Positions 46,201-54,587 of a stretch of DNA of 64,000 bases are shown piece by piece. The first letter of the stretch is position 1; the number at the start of each line of letters is the position of its first letter. The notes under the pieces are model-generated. The model saw nothing but the letters and a program-made list of their open reading frames with translations, did no database searches and was not told the origin of the DNA. Source of the stretch: Actinomycetes bacterium (GTDB lineage Bacteria; Actinomycetota; Acidimicrobiia; Acidimicrobiales; CADCSY01); contig JANNOZ010000016.1 in the NCBI GenBank assembly GCA_031399525.1, forward strand, positions 2,896 through 66,895. The letters run 5' to 3'. The translations under genes and the position numbers were made by a program.

Positions 46201-46533
46201 GGCGACGCACCCTAGGCCGGGCCGGGGCTGACTCGTCGAAACGCTCCTCGGCGCCTCCCGTTCTATGGCGGATCGAGGTCACCAGGGTCTCCGGTGAGCA
46301 CGTCCTCGTCGATGCTGAGCGACACCGTCGACACAGCCCCGGGCTCGATCCCTACCGGAGGTAGGAATCCGCAGCGAAGGTGCACCGATCGAACGCGAGG
46401 CAAACGTTCGATGGACACTCCCAGCACGAGGGGGTCAGCCGATCCCACCATGGCCATCGAGGCGCGACCATGCCGGTGCACGAGCGGCTTTACCGACTGC
46501 CCACGCGAGACGGCGGTCGCAGCTAGGAGCACG

Positions 46534-47324
46534 ATGAGGACTCAGCCGGCGATGGGTTGGTGGCAGGCCTCTGACGGGCGCTGGTACCCCCCTGGTGCGG
46601 CCGCCCCTGACGCTGAGGCCATCAACCCCCCGTCTCCGCAGCGTTGGTGGGAGAACAAGGTCTTCGTGTTGCTGATGCTGCTTTTTGCAGCCTTCCCGGT
46701 CTCGTCCTTGTCTGGGTCAAACGCCAATGGGGCATAGGCATAAAGCTTCTCCTCACCGTCGTCGCCGTCGCGTCGATCATCGCTGGCTTCAAGCTCCAGG
46801 ACGATTTCGCCGCTCGTGCCACCGCACCTCGGGTCGCGGCAGTCACTGACGGGCGTCTCACCCGCTTCGGGGCCACCGAATCCGACTGGCTCGCGAATCA
46901 CCAACCGAACCCGTACGACGCGTCGAGCTGGGATCTGGACCCTCGCCTTCCCGGCGGGCAGGCCGCCCGATACACGACGGTCGCGGTCACGGACGGCCGT
47001 GTCACTTCGCTCGACCTTCGGCTACCCGACGGCACCTCGGCCGACCAGGCCATCGCTGAAGTACTCACGGAACTCCCTCCCGACACCATCGTCCTGTGGC
47101 GAGCCGACGGCGCCACGTGCTCCTCGCTCAGCGCCGAGAGCGTGACCCTTCGCCAGTTGGCCACCTCGATCGCCGGAGGAACTGGCCAGGTCCTGATCAC
47201 GCTGTCGACAAGAAGCGTCTTCAACACCGCCTTCGACCCCATGAACGTCAACCACGCCAAGATCGTCGCCGCCAGCACCCCGGTCCCGGCCCCAGCCGAC
47301 GGCATCCCGCAGTGCCCGGAGTAG
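46534..47324 (+). pseudogene. DUF2510-like (WW-rich N-terminus) single-pass membrane protein, interrupted by a frameshift at a T5 run
   Basis: AGGAG lies 5 nt upstream of the ATG at 46534. Frame 1 reads MRTQPAMGWWQASDGRWYPP…RWWENKVFVLLMLLF and then stops at 46737. A different frame (track ORF 46644..47324) continues CSLPGLVLVWVKRQWGIGIKLLLTVVAVASIIAGF plus a roughly 190-aa ectodomain. Adding one T to the T5 run at 46682-46686 joins the two frames. Confidence 0.6.
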
Positions 47325-47355
47325 CAGGGGCGGATCCAGGCGATCGATCTCGACG

Positions 47356-48339
47356 TTGCCGTGCCCGGGGGAGCCAGACTCAGTGCCAGTGACGCCGGTC
47401 GGGTGGCTCGCGGATTCGAGTGAGGGCGCTCTCCGGGCCGCTCTGGACACCGTCGTTCCCGAGCTGGCGGGATCGCCCATCAAGGTCAACCCGGGGTACC
47501 GCCAGTCGAACCCGCTGTACTGGTCGGCCAGCGCCGTCATCGATGACAGGTTCATCGTCAAGTACGCCTGGTCCGAGGTTCGAGCGACTCGGGTGTGGAG
47601 GGAGGGCGAGCTGCTACGGCGGTTGCGGGGGCGCGGCGTCCCACCGTCTCTTCCTGAACTAGTCGCCCTCAGCCGGGACCCAGCGCTCCTGGTGACCGCT
47701 CTCGTCGATGGTGAACCGCTCAGCTGGGATTGGGCCAGCGCCCTGAGACAACCCGACATCGAAAAGGTCGCCGATCACATCGCCCGTTTCCTGGCCCATC
47801 TGCACGCCGCTGACGCCACCGAGGTGCTTACCGAGCTTCCCGTGGTACAGCCCGCAGCCCAGGCCGACACCGACCGGCTACGCGACGGATACCCCCGTCT
47901 GGTGGACGAGCACCGCGCTGCAGTGGTGCTGAGATGGTGTGACTGGGTCGATGGCGTCTTGGACAAACCCCAGGGCTACGCCGAGGTCCTCGTCCACGGT
48001 GACTTCCACGGATACAACCAGGTGTGGGACCGAACGGCCCGGGAGCTACGCGCCGTCGTTGACTTCGATGAGAGCGGGATCGCCGACCCACACTTCGATC
48101 TGCGCTACCTCCCCGGTAACGCCCGAGGCCCACAGCTCCTCCTGAAAGTGATCGACGTCTACGCCTCACTTACGGGAAGACGCCTGGACATCTCTCGAGC
48201 AATGGCTTTGAACGTCCTCACCCACCTCGGCGACGCCCTGTGGCGAACCGAAGCCAGCGTGCCTTTGCCCGGCGGTGGAACTCCCACTTCCTGGGTCGAC
48301 GACCTCGAAGACCGACTTGCGGCGCACGACCTCACTTGA
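47356..48339 (+). CDS. aminoglycoside/choline-kinase-type phosphotransferase (APH family)
   Basis: 327-aa ORF with the catalytic loop VLVHGDFHGYNQVW and the metal-binding VVDFDESG. The start is uncertain. Confidence 0.75.
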   Translation: MPCPGEPDSVPVTPVGWLADSSEGALRAALDTVVPELAGSPIKVNPGYRQSNPLYWSASAVIDDRFIVKYAWSEVRATRVWREGELLRRLRGRGVPPSLPELVALSRDPALLVTALVDGEPLSWDWASALRQPDIEKVADHIARFLAHLHAADATEVLTELPVVQPAAQADTDRLRDGYPRLVDEHRAAVVLRWCDWVDGVLDKPQGYAEVLVHGDFHGYNQVWDRTARELRAVVDFDESGIADPHFDLRYLPGNARGPQLLLKVIDVYASLTGRRLDISRAMALNVLTHLGDALWRTEASVPLPGGGTPTSWVDDLEDRLAAHDLT

Positions 48340-48358
48340 CGATGGAAGGCTGAGCGCC

Positions 48359-48958
48359 ATGACTCGACGTCACAGGTGGTCTTCGGTGCCCGTACTTGTT
48401 GTGGGACTCGCCTGGGTTGCCGTCGGATGCGGCGACGACCCGGACGCGACGGCTCCCGACGCCAACTCGTCAATGGTCTCGACCGAAACCACCGATGCGG
48501 CGTCAGGGGAGGAGTTTGTGCCGTACGCGCTGCTGGAGGCTCCGGGCTGGACGCTCCAAGAGGCCGTCGACTGGCCGCCGGACAACGCTTTTGCGGGCAT
48601 CGAGCCGGTGACGTCGGACTGGTGGGCGGAGTACGAGCGCTTCGATCCAGCGGCTGATGGGAGCAACGGCCGGGCCGTGAACCTGACTGGGTTCACTGTC
48701 GGACTCGACGCCTACCGCGCCGCAATGGAGCCGCTCGGGGTGTCGTTCGAAGCGGTCGACACGCCGCTTGGCAGGGGCGTCACCGGCACGTCTACCGAGC
48801 AGGGAGGTCGCCCGGTGGCCGTAGCGGTGCCACGCGGCGACGGCACGCTGGAACTCCTGAGCTACGAGCTGTCCAGCGATGAGCTCGTCGCGCTGGTCGC
48901 TGACGTCGTCACCGTCGACGATGCCGGCTGGCGCGCAGCCGGCGGGCAGGTGAGGTAG
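48359..48958 (+). CDS. lipoprotein, unknown function
   Basis: ATG at 48359. MTRRHRWSSVPVLVVGLAWVAVGCGDD is a signal peptide with a lipobox (AVGC). Confidence 0.65.
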   Translation: MTRRHRWSSVPVLVVGLAWVAVGCGDDPDATAPDANSSMVSTETTDAASGEEFVPYALLEAPGWTLQEAVDWPPDNAFAGIEPVTSDWWAEYERFDPAADGSNGRAVNLTGFTVGLDAYRAAMEPLGVSFEAVDTPLGRGVTGTSTEQGGRPVAVAVPRGDGTLELLSYELSSDELVALVADVVTVDDAGWRAAGGQVR

Positions 48959-49183
48959 CCCAGAGTGGTGCTGTTCGACACGATGTCGAGCTGCCCTCAC
49001 CGCATCATCCGAAGCCCGAGTGCGCTATCGGCGGCGGCGAGAACCTTGAACTCCGACACTTAGCCCTCGTTACTGCCGAGGCCATTGAGGATCGCCGACT
49101 GCTGACCGGTCCGGGTCCCAATCGAGGTCCTGATTCAACCTCACGGTGAATGCCGCGGTGGCGGCACAGCCTGATGGTCGGCG

Positions 49184-49579
49184 TCAGGGGTTCAGCTCGG
49201 GGCGACGGCCGTGGACATCCCAGATGACGGTCGCGATCCGCTGGTACCGCACCTCAGGGCCGGCCAACTGCTCGTCGAACCAGCGCACGAACTCCTCGTG
49301 CACGATCCGGCGTAGGTCTCCCTCCGATGCCGCCTCGGAGAGCCGCAGGGCGATCGTCTCGGCCTCCGGGCGGTACTCGTCGGTGTTCTCCTCGAAGTTG
49401 ATGCCGATCGGATCGGTTTCAAACAGGAGGGCCTCGATGAACGAGACAACCTCCTCCTGCCCGACGAGGCGCCGCCGGCGGTCCTCCGCTTGGGCATTGA
49501 TCTTGGAAGCGATTTCCTCGGACCAAGTCTGGTCGCTGGCCTGAGGCGACTGAGGTCGACGACGGAACCAGCGGGCCAT
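49184..49579 (-). CDS. hypothetical acidic protein (131 aa)
   Basis: The ATG at 49579 gives MARWFRRRPQSPQASDQTWSEEIASKINAQAEDRRRRLVGQEEVVSFIEALLFETDPIGINFEENTDEYRPEAE… I recognise no motif. Confidence 0.5.
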   Translation of the reverse strand: MARWFRRRPQSPQASDQTWSEEIASKINAQAEDRRRRLVGQEEVVSFIEALLFETDPIGINFEENTDEYRPEAETIALRLSEAASEGDLRRIVHEEFVRWFDEQLAGPEVRYQRIATVIWDVHGRRPELNP

Positions 49580-49751
49580 GACGTACAGCCTGTCTGACGA
49601 GGGCCGAGTCGCCGGGGTCTTTCGTCGACCAGACGCACGATCGAACCAGCAAGTCCCGACGAACACGACTCGCTCGTCTTGATGGTCGTCGAAGTCGCCG
49701 GCGGCGTCGAAGGTTCCGCCTGAAGGATCCTCGAGTCGACGAACCTTCTCG

Positions 49752-51176
49752 TCAGATGTCGTAGTAGAGCTGGAACTCCCAGGGGTGGGGGCGTAGGCGG
49801 ATGGCGTCGACCTCGTTGGTGCGCTTGTAGGCGATGTGGGTGGCGATGAGGTCGTCGGTGAAGACGTCGCCCGACTTCAGGTAGTCGTTGTCGTCCTCGA
49901 GCGCGTCGAGAGCCTCCTCCAGCGACGAGGGCACCTGGGGCACCCGGGCCAACTCCTCGGGGGCCAAGTCGTAGAGGTCCTTGTCCATCGGCGTGGGCGG
50001 TTCGATCCGCTTGTGGATGCCGTCGAGTCCGGCCATGAGCATGGCCGAGAACGCCAGGTAGGGGTTGCAGCTCGGGTCGGGGCAGCGGAACTCGAGGCGC
50101 TTGGCCTTGGGGCTGGCCGAGTAGAGCGGGATGCGCACCGCGGCCGAGCGGTTGCGCTGGCTGTAAACGAGGTTGACCGGCGCCTCGTAGCCCGGGACCA
50201 GCCGCTTGTAGGAGTTGGTGGTCGGCGCCGCGAACGCCAGGATCGACTTGGCGTGGGTCAGCAGCCCACCGATGTACCACCGGGCCAGATCCGACAGTTG
50301 GGCGTAGCCGGTCTCGTCGTAGAACAGCGGCTCGCCCGCCTTCCACAACGACTGGTGGGTGTGCATCCCCGAGCCGTTGTCCTGGAAGATCGGCTTGGGC
50401 ATGAACGTGGCCGTGTGGCCGTTGGCCCGAGCCACGTTCTTCACCACGTACTTGAACAGCATGAGCTTGTCGGCCATGGCCAACAGCGAGTCGAAACGGA
50501 TGTCGATCTCGGCCTGGCCCGCGGTGCCGACCTCGTGGTGCTGTACCTCCACCGGGATCCCTAGGTCGATCAGCGCCATGGTCATCTCCGAGCGCAGGTC
50601 CTGGAAGTGGTCCATCGGCGGGACCGGGAAGTAGCCCTCCTTGTAGCGGGGCTTGAACCCGAGGTTGGGCTGTTCGTCGCGACCCGAGTTCCACGAACCC
50701 TCGATCGAGTCGACCGAGTACGACGCCGAGTGCTGGTCCTGAGCGAAGCGCACGTCGTCGAAGATGAAGAACTCGGCCTCGGGCCCGAAGTAGGCCACGT
50801 CGGCGATGCCGGTGGCGGCCAGGTAGTCCTCGGCCTTCTTGGCCACGAAGCGGGGGTCGCGGCTGTAGGGCTCGCCGGTGACCGGGTCGCGCACGAAGCA
50901 GTTGAGGTTCAGCGTCGGGTGCTGGCGGAACGGGTCGATCACCGCGGTGTTGGGGTCGGGCACCAGGAGCATGTCGGACTCCTGGATCTGCTGGAAGCCT
51001 CGAATCGAGGACCCGTCGAAGCCGTAGCCCTCGTCGAAACCGTCCTCCGACAGCTCGCTGACCGGCACAGAGAAGTGCTGCATCAGCCCGGGGAGGTCGC
51101 AGAACCGGAAGTCGACGATCTGGACCCCTTCGTCTCGGGCCAGCGCCAGGACCTCGCTCGGCGTGCGCTCCTCCAC
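49752..51176 (-). CDS. glnA: glutamine synthetase, type I (GlnA1-like, with adenylylation-site Tyr context)
   Basis: The GTG at 51176 is preceded by GAGGAGGG 5 nt upstream. The product ([30 protein letters not shown]…) is about 474 aa with [11 protein letters not shown] and the [10 protein letters not shown] segment. Confidence 0.92.
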   Translation of the reverse strand: MEERTPSEVLALARDEGVQIVDFRFCDLPGLMQHFSVPVSELSEDGFDEGYGFDGSSIRGFQQIQESDMLLVPDPNTAVIDPFRQHPTLNLNCFVRDPVTGEPYSRDPRFVAKKAEDYLAATGIADVAYFGPEAEFFIFDDVRFAQDQHSASYSVDSIEGSWNSGRDEQPNLGFKPRYKEGYFPVPPMDHFQDLRSEMTMALIDLGIPVEVQHHEVGTAGQAEIDIRFDSLLAMADKLMLFKYVVKNVARANGHTATFMPKPIFQDNGSGMHTHQSLWKAGEPLFYDETGYAQLSDLARWYIGGLLTHAKSILAFAAPTTNSYKRLVPGYEAPVNLVYSQRNRSAAVRIPLYSASPKAKRLEFRCPDPSCNPYLAFSAMLMAGLDGIHKRIEPPTPMDKDLYDLAPEELARVPQVPSSLEEALDALEDDNDYLKSGDVFTDDLIATHIAYKRTNEVDAIRLRPHPWEFQLYYDI

Positions 51177-51233
51177 GGAAACCCTCCTCGAACCGGCGCC
51201 GCAGGTCGGCGCGCCGGCCCGAGGGTACATACG

Positions 51234-51271
51234 CGACGAAGGGGCCGACCGTGAGGCCGGCCCCTTCGTCG
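51234..51271 (-). terminator. stem-loop downstream of glnII (candidate intrinsic terminator)
   Basis: CGACGAAGGGGCCG (51234-51247) pairs perfectly with CGGCCCCTTCGTCG (51258-51271), giving a 14-bp stem and a 10-nt loop. There is no clear U-tract. Confidence 0.55.
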
Positions 51272-51291
51272 GGAGGGTTCTCGGTCGAGCC

Positions 51292-52296
51292 CTACTCCGC
51301 GGCCAACGCGCCGCAGCAGGTGTCGACGATCATCCGGGTCACGACATAGGGATCGCAGTTGGCGTTCGGGCGACGGTCTTCGATGTAGCCCTTCTTGTCG
51401 ACGCCGACCTGCCAGGGGATGCGGACCGACGCGGCCCGGTCGGACACGCCATAGGAGAACTCGTTCCACGGAGCGGTCTCGTGCATCCCGGTGAGGCGGT
51501 CCTCGATGCCGTAGCCGTAGGCCTTGACGTGCTCCGCAGCCTTCTTCCCGAGGGCTTCACAGGCGGCGATGATCGGGTCGTAGCCCTCGCGCATGGCCTT
51601 GGTCGAGAAGTTGGTGTGGGCACCGGCGCCGTTCCAATCGCCCTTGATGGGCTTGGCGTCGATGGTCGCGGCCACGTCGAAGTCCTCGGCGATTCGGTAG
51701 AGCAGCCAGCGGGCGACCCACAGGTGATCGGAGACATCCAGCGGCGACGCCGGGCCGATCTGGAACTCCCACTGGCCCATCATCACCTCGGCGTTGGTAC
51801 CCGAGATGGCCAGCCCGGCCTCGATGCAGGCATCGGAGTGGGCCTCGACGATGTCCCGGCCCCAGATCTCGTCGGCGCCGACACCGCAGTAGTAGGGACC
51901 CTGGGGACCGGGGAACCCCCCCTGGGGCCAGCCCAACGGGCGCCCCTCCTTGAGGAAGGTGTACTCCTGCTCGATTCCGAACCAGGGTTCCTGGTCGGCG
52001 TACTTCGCGGCCAACTCGGCCAACGCCGCCCGGGTGTTGGTGGGGTGCGGCGTCATATCGGTGAGCAGCACCTCGCACATGATCAGCACGTTGTCGCCAC
52101 CCCGGATCGGGTCGGGACAGGTGAAGACTGGGCGCAACACGCAGTCGGAGCTCTTGCCCGGCGCCTGGTTGGTGCTCGAGCCGTCGAAGCCCCACAGGCC
52201 CGGATCCTGCCCGTCCGGCACGATCTTGGTCTTGGAGCGCAGCGCCGGCGTCGGCTCGGTGCCGTCGATCCAGATGTACTCAGCCTTGTACGGCAT
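51292..52296 (-). CDS. glnII: glutamine synthetase, type II (eukaryote-like GSII)
   Basis: 334-aa [28 protein letters not shown]…[13 protein letters not shown]…GAGAHTNFS…NANCDPY, which is the characteristic GSII sequence. Confidence 0.92.
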   Translation of the reverse strand: MPYKAEYIWIDGTEPTPALRSKTKIVPDGQDPGLWGFDGSSTNQAPGKSSDCVLRPVFTCPDPIRGGDNVLIMCEVLLTDMTPHPTNTRAALAELAAKYADQEPWFGIEQEYTFLKEGRPLGWPQGGFPGPQGPYYCGVGADEIWGRDIVEAHSDACIEAGLAISGTNAEVMMGQWEFQIGPASPLDVSDHLWVARWLLYRIAEDFDVAATIDAKPIKGDWNGAGAHTNFSTKAMREGYDPIIAACEALGKKAAEHVKAYGYGIEDRLTGMHETAPWNEFSYGVSDRAASVRIPWQVGVDKKGYIEDRRPNANCDPYVVTRMIVDTCCGALAAE

Positions 52297-52415
52297 GGGC
52301 TCCTCTTCCGTGTTCGTTCGGGTTGGTGATCACTGTTGTTCGTGTCGTAACCGAGCCGCGGGGCCCGGAGGCTGAAGCGACTCTCACAGCGTTGGGTTTC
52401 TCGATTTTTGCCGAT

Positions 52416-52434
52416 ATGTGAACGGCATGTGAAC
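52416..52434. promoter_or_regulatory. direct repeat ATGTGAAC-ggc-ATGTGAAC in the glnII/glnA2 divergent intergenic region (candidate GlnR box)
   Basis: Identical 8-mers lie at 52416-52423 and 52427-52434, an 11-nt period. A GTTTC (GAAAC on the other strand) lies at 52396-52400 within an A/T-rich spacer, about 50 nt upstream of the glnA2 ATG. Confidence 0.4.
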
Positions 52435-52484
52435 TGGCCGGGCTCGATCTGGGACCTCGGGCCCAGGGCTGCGAAGATGCCGTC

Positions 52485-53819
52485 ATGGAGCGGCATCAGG
52501 ACTTCGTGCTGCGCACGGTCGAGGAGCGCCACGTGCGCTTCATTCAACTCTGGTTCACCGACGTGCTCGGCATCCCCAAGGCCCTGACCATCACCCCAGC
52601 GGAGTTCGAGAACGCGCTGGACGAAGGCCTCACCTTCGACGGTTCGGCCATTGACGGGTTCAGTCGGGTCCAAGAGTCCGACGTGTTGGCCCGGCCGGAC
52701 GAGCGGACGTTCCAGCTGCTGCCGTGGCGGTCCGACGACGCGACCGTGGCCCGGGTCATCTGCGATGTCAGCAACCTCGACGGCTCGCCCTTCGAGGGTT
52801 GCCCCCGAGCGGTGTTGCGGCGCACGCTCGATAAGGCCAGGGACGCAGGTTTCTCCTTCTACGCCGCTCCCGAACTCGAGTACTTCTACTTCGCCTCCGG
52901 CAACCCGTCCCAGCCGTTGGTGCCGCTCGACACCGGCACCTACTTCGAGCTGACCGTGGCCGACCTGGCCGGCGACCTGCGCAAGCGGACCGTCCTGACC
53001 CTCGAGGACATGGGTATCCCGGTCGAGTACTCCCAGCATGAGGACAGCCCCAGCCAGCACGAGATCGACCTGCGCCACACCGACGCTTTGACCATGGCCG
53101 ACACGGTCATGACCGTGCGCCTCGTGATCAAGGAGATCGCCCAGGAACGTGGGGTCTTCGCCTCGTTCATGCCCAAGCCCATCGCCGGTGTCCAGGGCTC
53201 GGGTATGCACACCCACTTCTCGCTGTTCGAGGGCGACGACAACGCCTTCCACGATCCTGCCGATGAGCACGGCCTGTCCATCGTGGCCAAGCAGTTCATC
53301 GCCGGACTCCTCGTGCACGCCCCCGAGATCACTGCGGTGACCAACCAGTGGGTCAACTCCTACAAGCGACTGGTGGCCGGCTACGAGGCCCCGGTCCACG
53401 TGTCGTGGGCCCGCAACAACCGCTCGGCGCTGGTCCGGGTGCCGATCCCCAAGCGGGGAAAGCGCGAGTCGACCCGCATCGAGTACCGGGCCCTCGACCC
53501 GGGGTGCAATCCCTATCTGGCCTTCGCCGTGGTCCTGGCGGCCGGGCTCAAGGGCATCGAAGCCGGCTACGAGTTGCCCCCCGAGGCCAGCGCCAACTTG
53601 TTCACCATGACCCCCGAGGAGCTTCTGGCCGACGGGATCACCAGCCTGCCGACCAACCTGAGTGAGTCGATCCAGGTAATGGAGCGCTCCGAGCTCGTCG
53701 CCGAGACCCTCGGCGAGCACGTCTTCGAATGGTTCATCCGCAACAAGCGGGCCGAGTGGGCCGACTACAAGGTCCAGGTCAGCCAGTTCGAACTCGACCG
53801 CTACCTGCCCCTGCTGTAG
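52485..53819 (+). CDS. glnA2: glutamine synthetase family protein, type I (GlnA2-like)
   Basis: 444-aa ORF. MERHQDFVLRTVEERHVRFIQLWFTDVLG…GSGMHTHFSLF…NSYKRLV…. Confidence 0.88.
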   Translation: MERHQDFVLRTVEERHVRFIQLWFTDVLGIPKALTITPAEFENALDEGLTFDGSAIDGFSRVQESDVLARPDERTFQLLPWRSDDATVARVICDVSNLDGSPFEGCPRAVLRRTLDKARDAGFSFYAAPELEYFYFASGNPSQPLVPLDTGTYFELTVADLAGDLRKRTVLTLEDMGIPVEYSQHEDSPSQHEIDLRHTDALTMADTVMTVRLVIKEIAQERGVFASFMPKPIAGVQGSGMHTHFSLFEGDDNAFHDPADEHGLSIVAKQFIAGLLVHAPEITAVTNQWVNSYKRLVAGYEAPVHVSWARNNRSALVRVPIPKRGKRESTRIEYRALDPGCNPYLAFAVVLAAGLKGIEAGYELPPEASANLFTMTPEELLADGITSLPTNLSESIQVMERSELVAETLGEHVFEWFIRNKRAEWADYKVQVSQFELDRYLPLL

Positions 53820-53832
53820 ACCCGAACCCGAG

Positions 53833-54513
53833 ATGGAGCCTCTCCTCGTCTTCCCGGACCCCGCGCCGCCGATCCTGGCCCAGGCCCTCGACGCCTCCGG
53901 GTACCCATGGAAGGCCGCCAGCTCGGCCGAAATCGCCGCATCGTTCGAGCCCGAGGACGGCTGGTCGGGAGCGGTGGTCAGCGCCGAAGTCGACCCGGAC
54001 GGCGCCTTCGCCCTGTGTCGGGCCGTGCGCAAGATCGACGCTCCCCTCGGCCCGCTGGTGCTGCTCATCACCGCCGACCAGCTCGACGACCTCGAGCTGC
54101 GCGAAGAGCTCTTCGACGACTTCTGCGTGCTGCCAGTGCGGGTGGCCGAACTCGACGCCCGGCTCAAGCACCTCTTCTTCCGCACCGGCGGGGGCACCCG
54201 CCCCGAGCTGGTCGAGTACGCCGATCTGATTCTCAACCTCGAGACCTACCAGGCGTCGATCTCCGGTCGGCCCCTCGACCTGACCTACATGGAATACGAG
54301 CTGTTGAAGTTCTTGGCCTCACATCCCGGCCGGGTCTTCACCCGAGAAACGCTGCTGTCGAGGGTTTGGGGCTACGACTACTACGGCGGCGCCCGGACGG
54401 TCGACGTCCACATCCGGCGTCTGCGGGCCAAGCTCGGCGAGGAGCACGCCCACCTGATCTCGACCGTCCGGTCGGTCGGCTACCGCTTCGGCGAATCCCG
54501 CTGGGGCGCCTGA
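53833..54513 (+). CDS. glnR: OmpR/PhoB-type winged-helix response regulator, GlnR-like (orphan, atypical receiver)
   Basis: 226-aa ORF with a C-terminal trans_reg_C domain (LTYMEYELLKFLASHPGRVFTRETLLSRVWGYDYYGGARTVDVHIRRLRAKLG…VRSVGYRF). There is no adjacent histidine kinase, and it sits directly downstream of glnA2. Confidence 0.8.
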   Translation: MEPLLVFPDPAPPILAQALDASGYPWKAASSAEIAASFEPEDGWSGAVVSAEVDPDGAFALCRAVRKIDAPLGPLVLLITADQLDDLELREELFDDFCVLPVRVAELDARLKHLFFRTGGGTRPELVEYADLILNLETYQASISGRPLDLTYMEYELLKFLASHPGRVFTRETLLSRVWGYDYYGGARTVDVHIRRLRAKLGEEHAHLISTVRSVGYRFGESRWGA

Positions 54514-54530
54514 GCCACCCACCCCCAACC

Positions 54531-54571
54531 GGGCGTGATTCCGGACGCTATGCGTACGAAATCACGCCGAG
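54531..54571. repeat. palindromic repeat element, copy B (intergenic, between the convergent glnR and aldo/keto reductase genes)
   Basis: In GGGCGTGATTCCGGACGCTATGCGTACGAAATCACGCCGAG, the outer arms GGCGTGATT and AATCACGCC pair, as does the inner ACGC-tat-GCGT. About 32 of 41 positions match copy A at 5649-5689. Confidence 0.6.
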
Positions 54572-54587
54572 AACGATTTCTGGCGGG

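Noticed and set aside
46263-46532. 89-aa ORF on the minus strand, and an 8-bp-stem hairpin ATCGAACG…CGTTCGAT at 46388-46412
   Set aside because: I saw no Shine-Dalgarno and no recognisable domain, and the resemblance to PilZ-type RxxxR motifs is only superficial. The hairpin is short. Coding status is left undecided.
46676-46690. Programmed -1 ribosomal frameshifting or transcriptional slippage at the T5 run
   Set aside because: The zero-frame codons CTG CTT TTT GCA do not form an X XXY YYZ slippery heptamer. T5 is short for RNA-polymerase slippage. I saw no downstream stimulatory structure. A mutation or a sequencing error is the more economical explanation.
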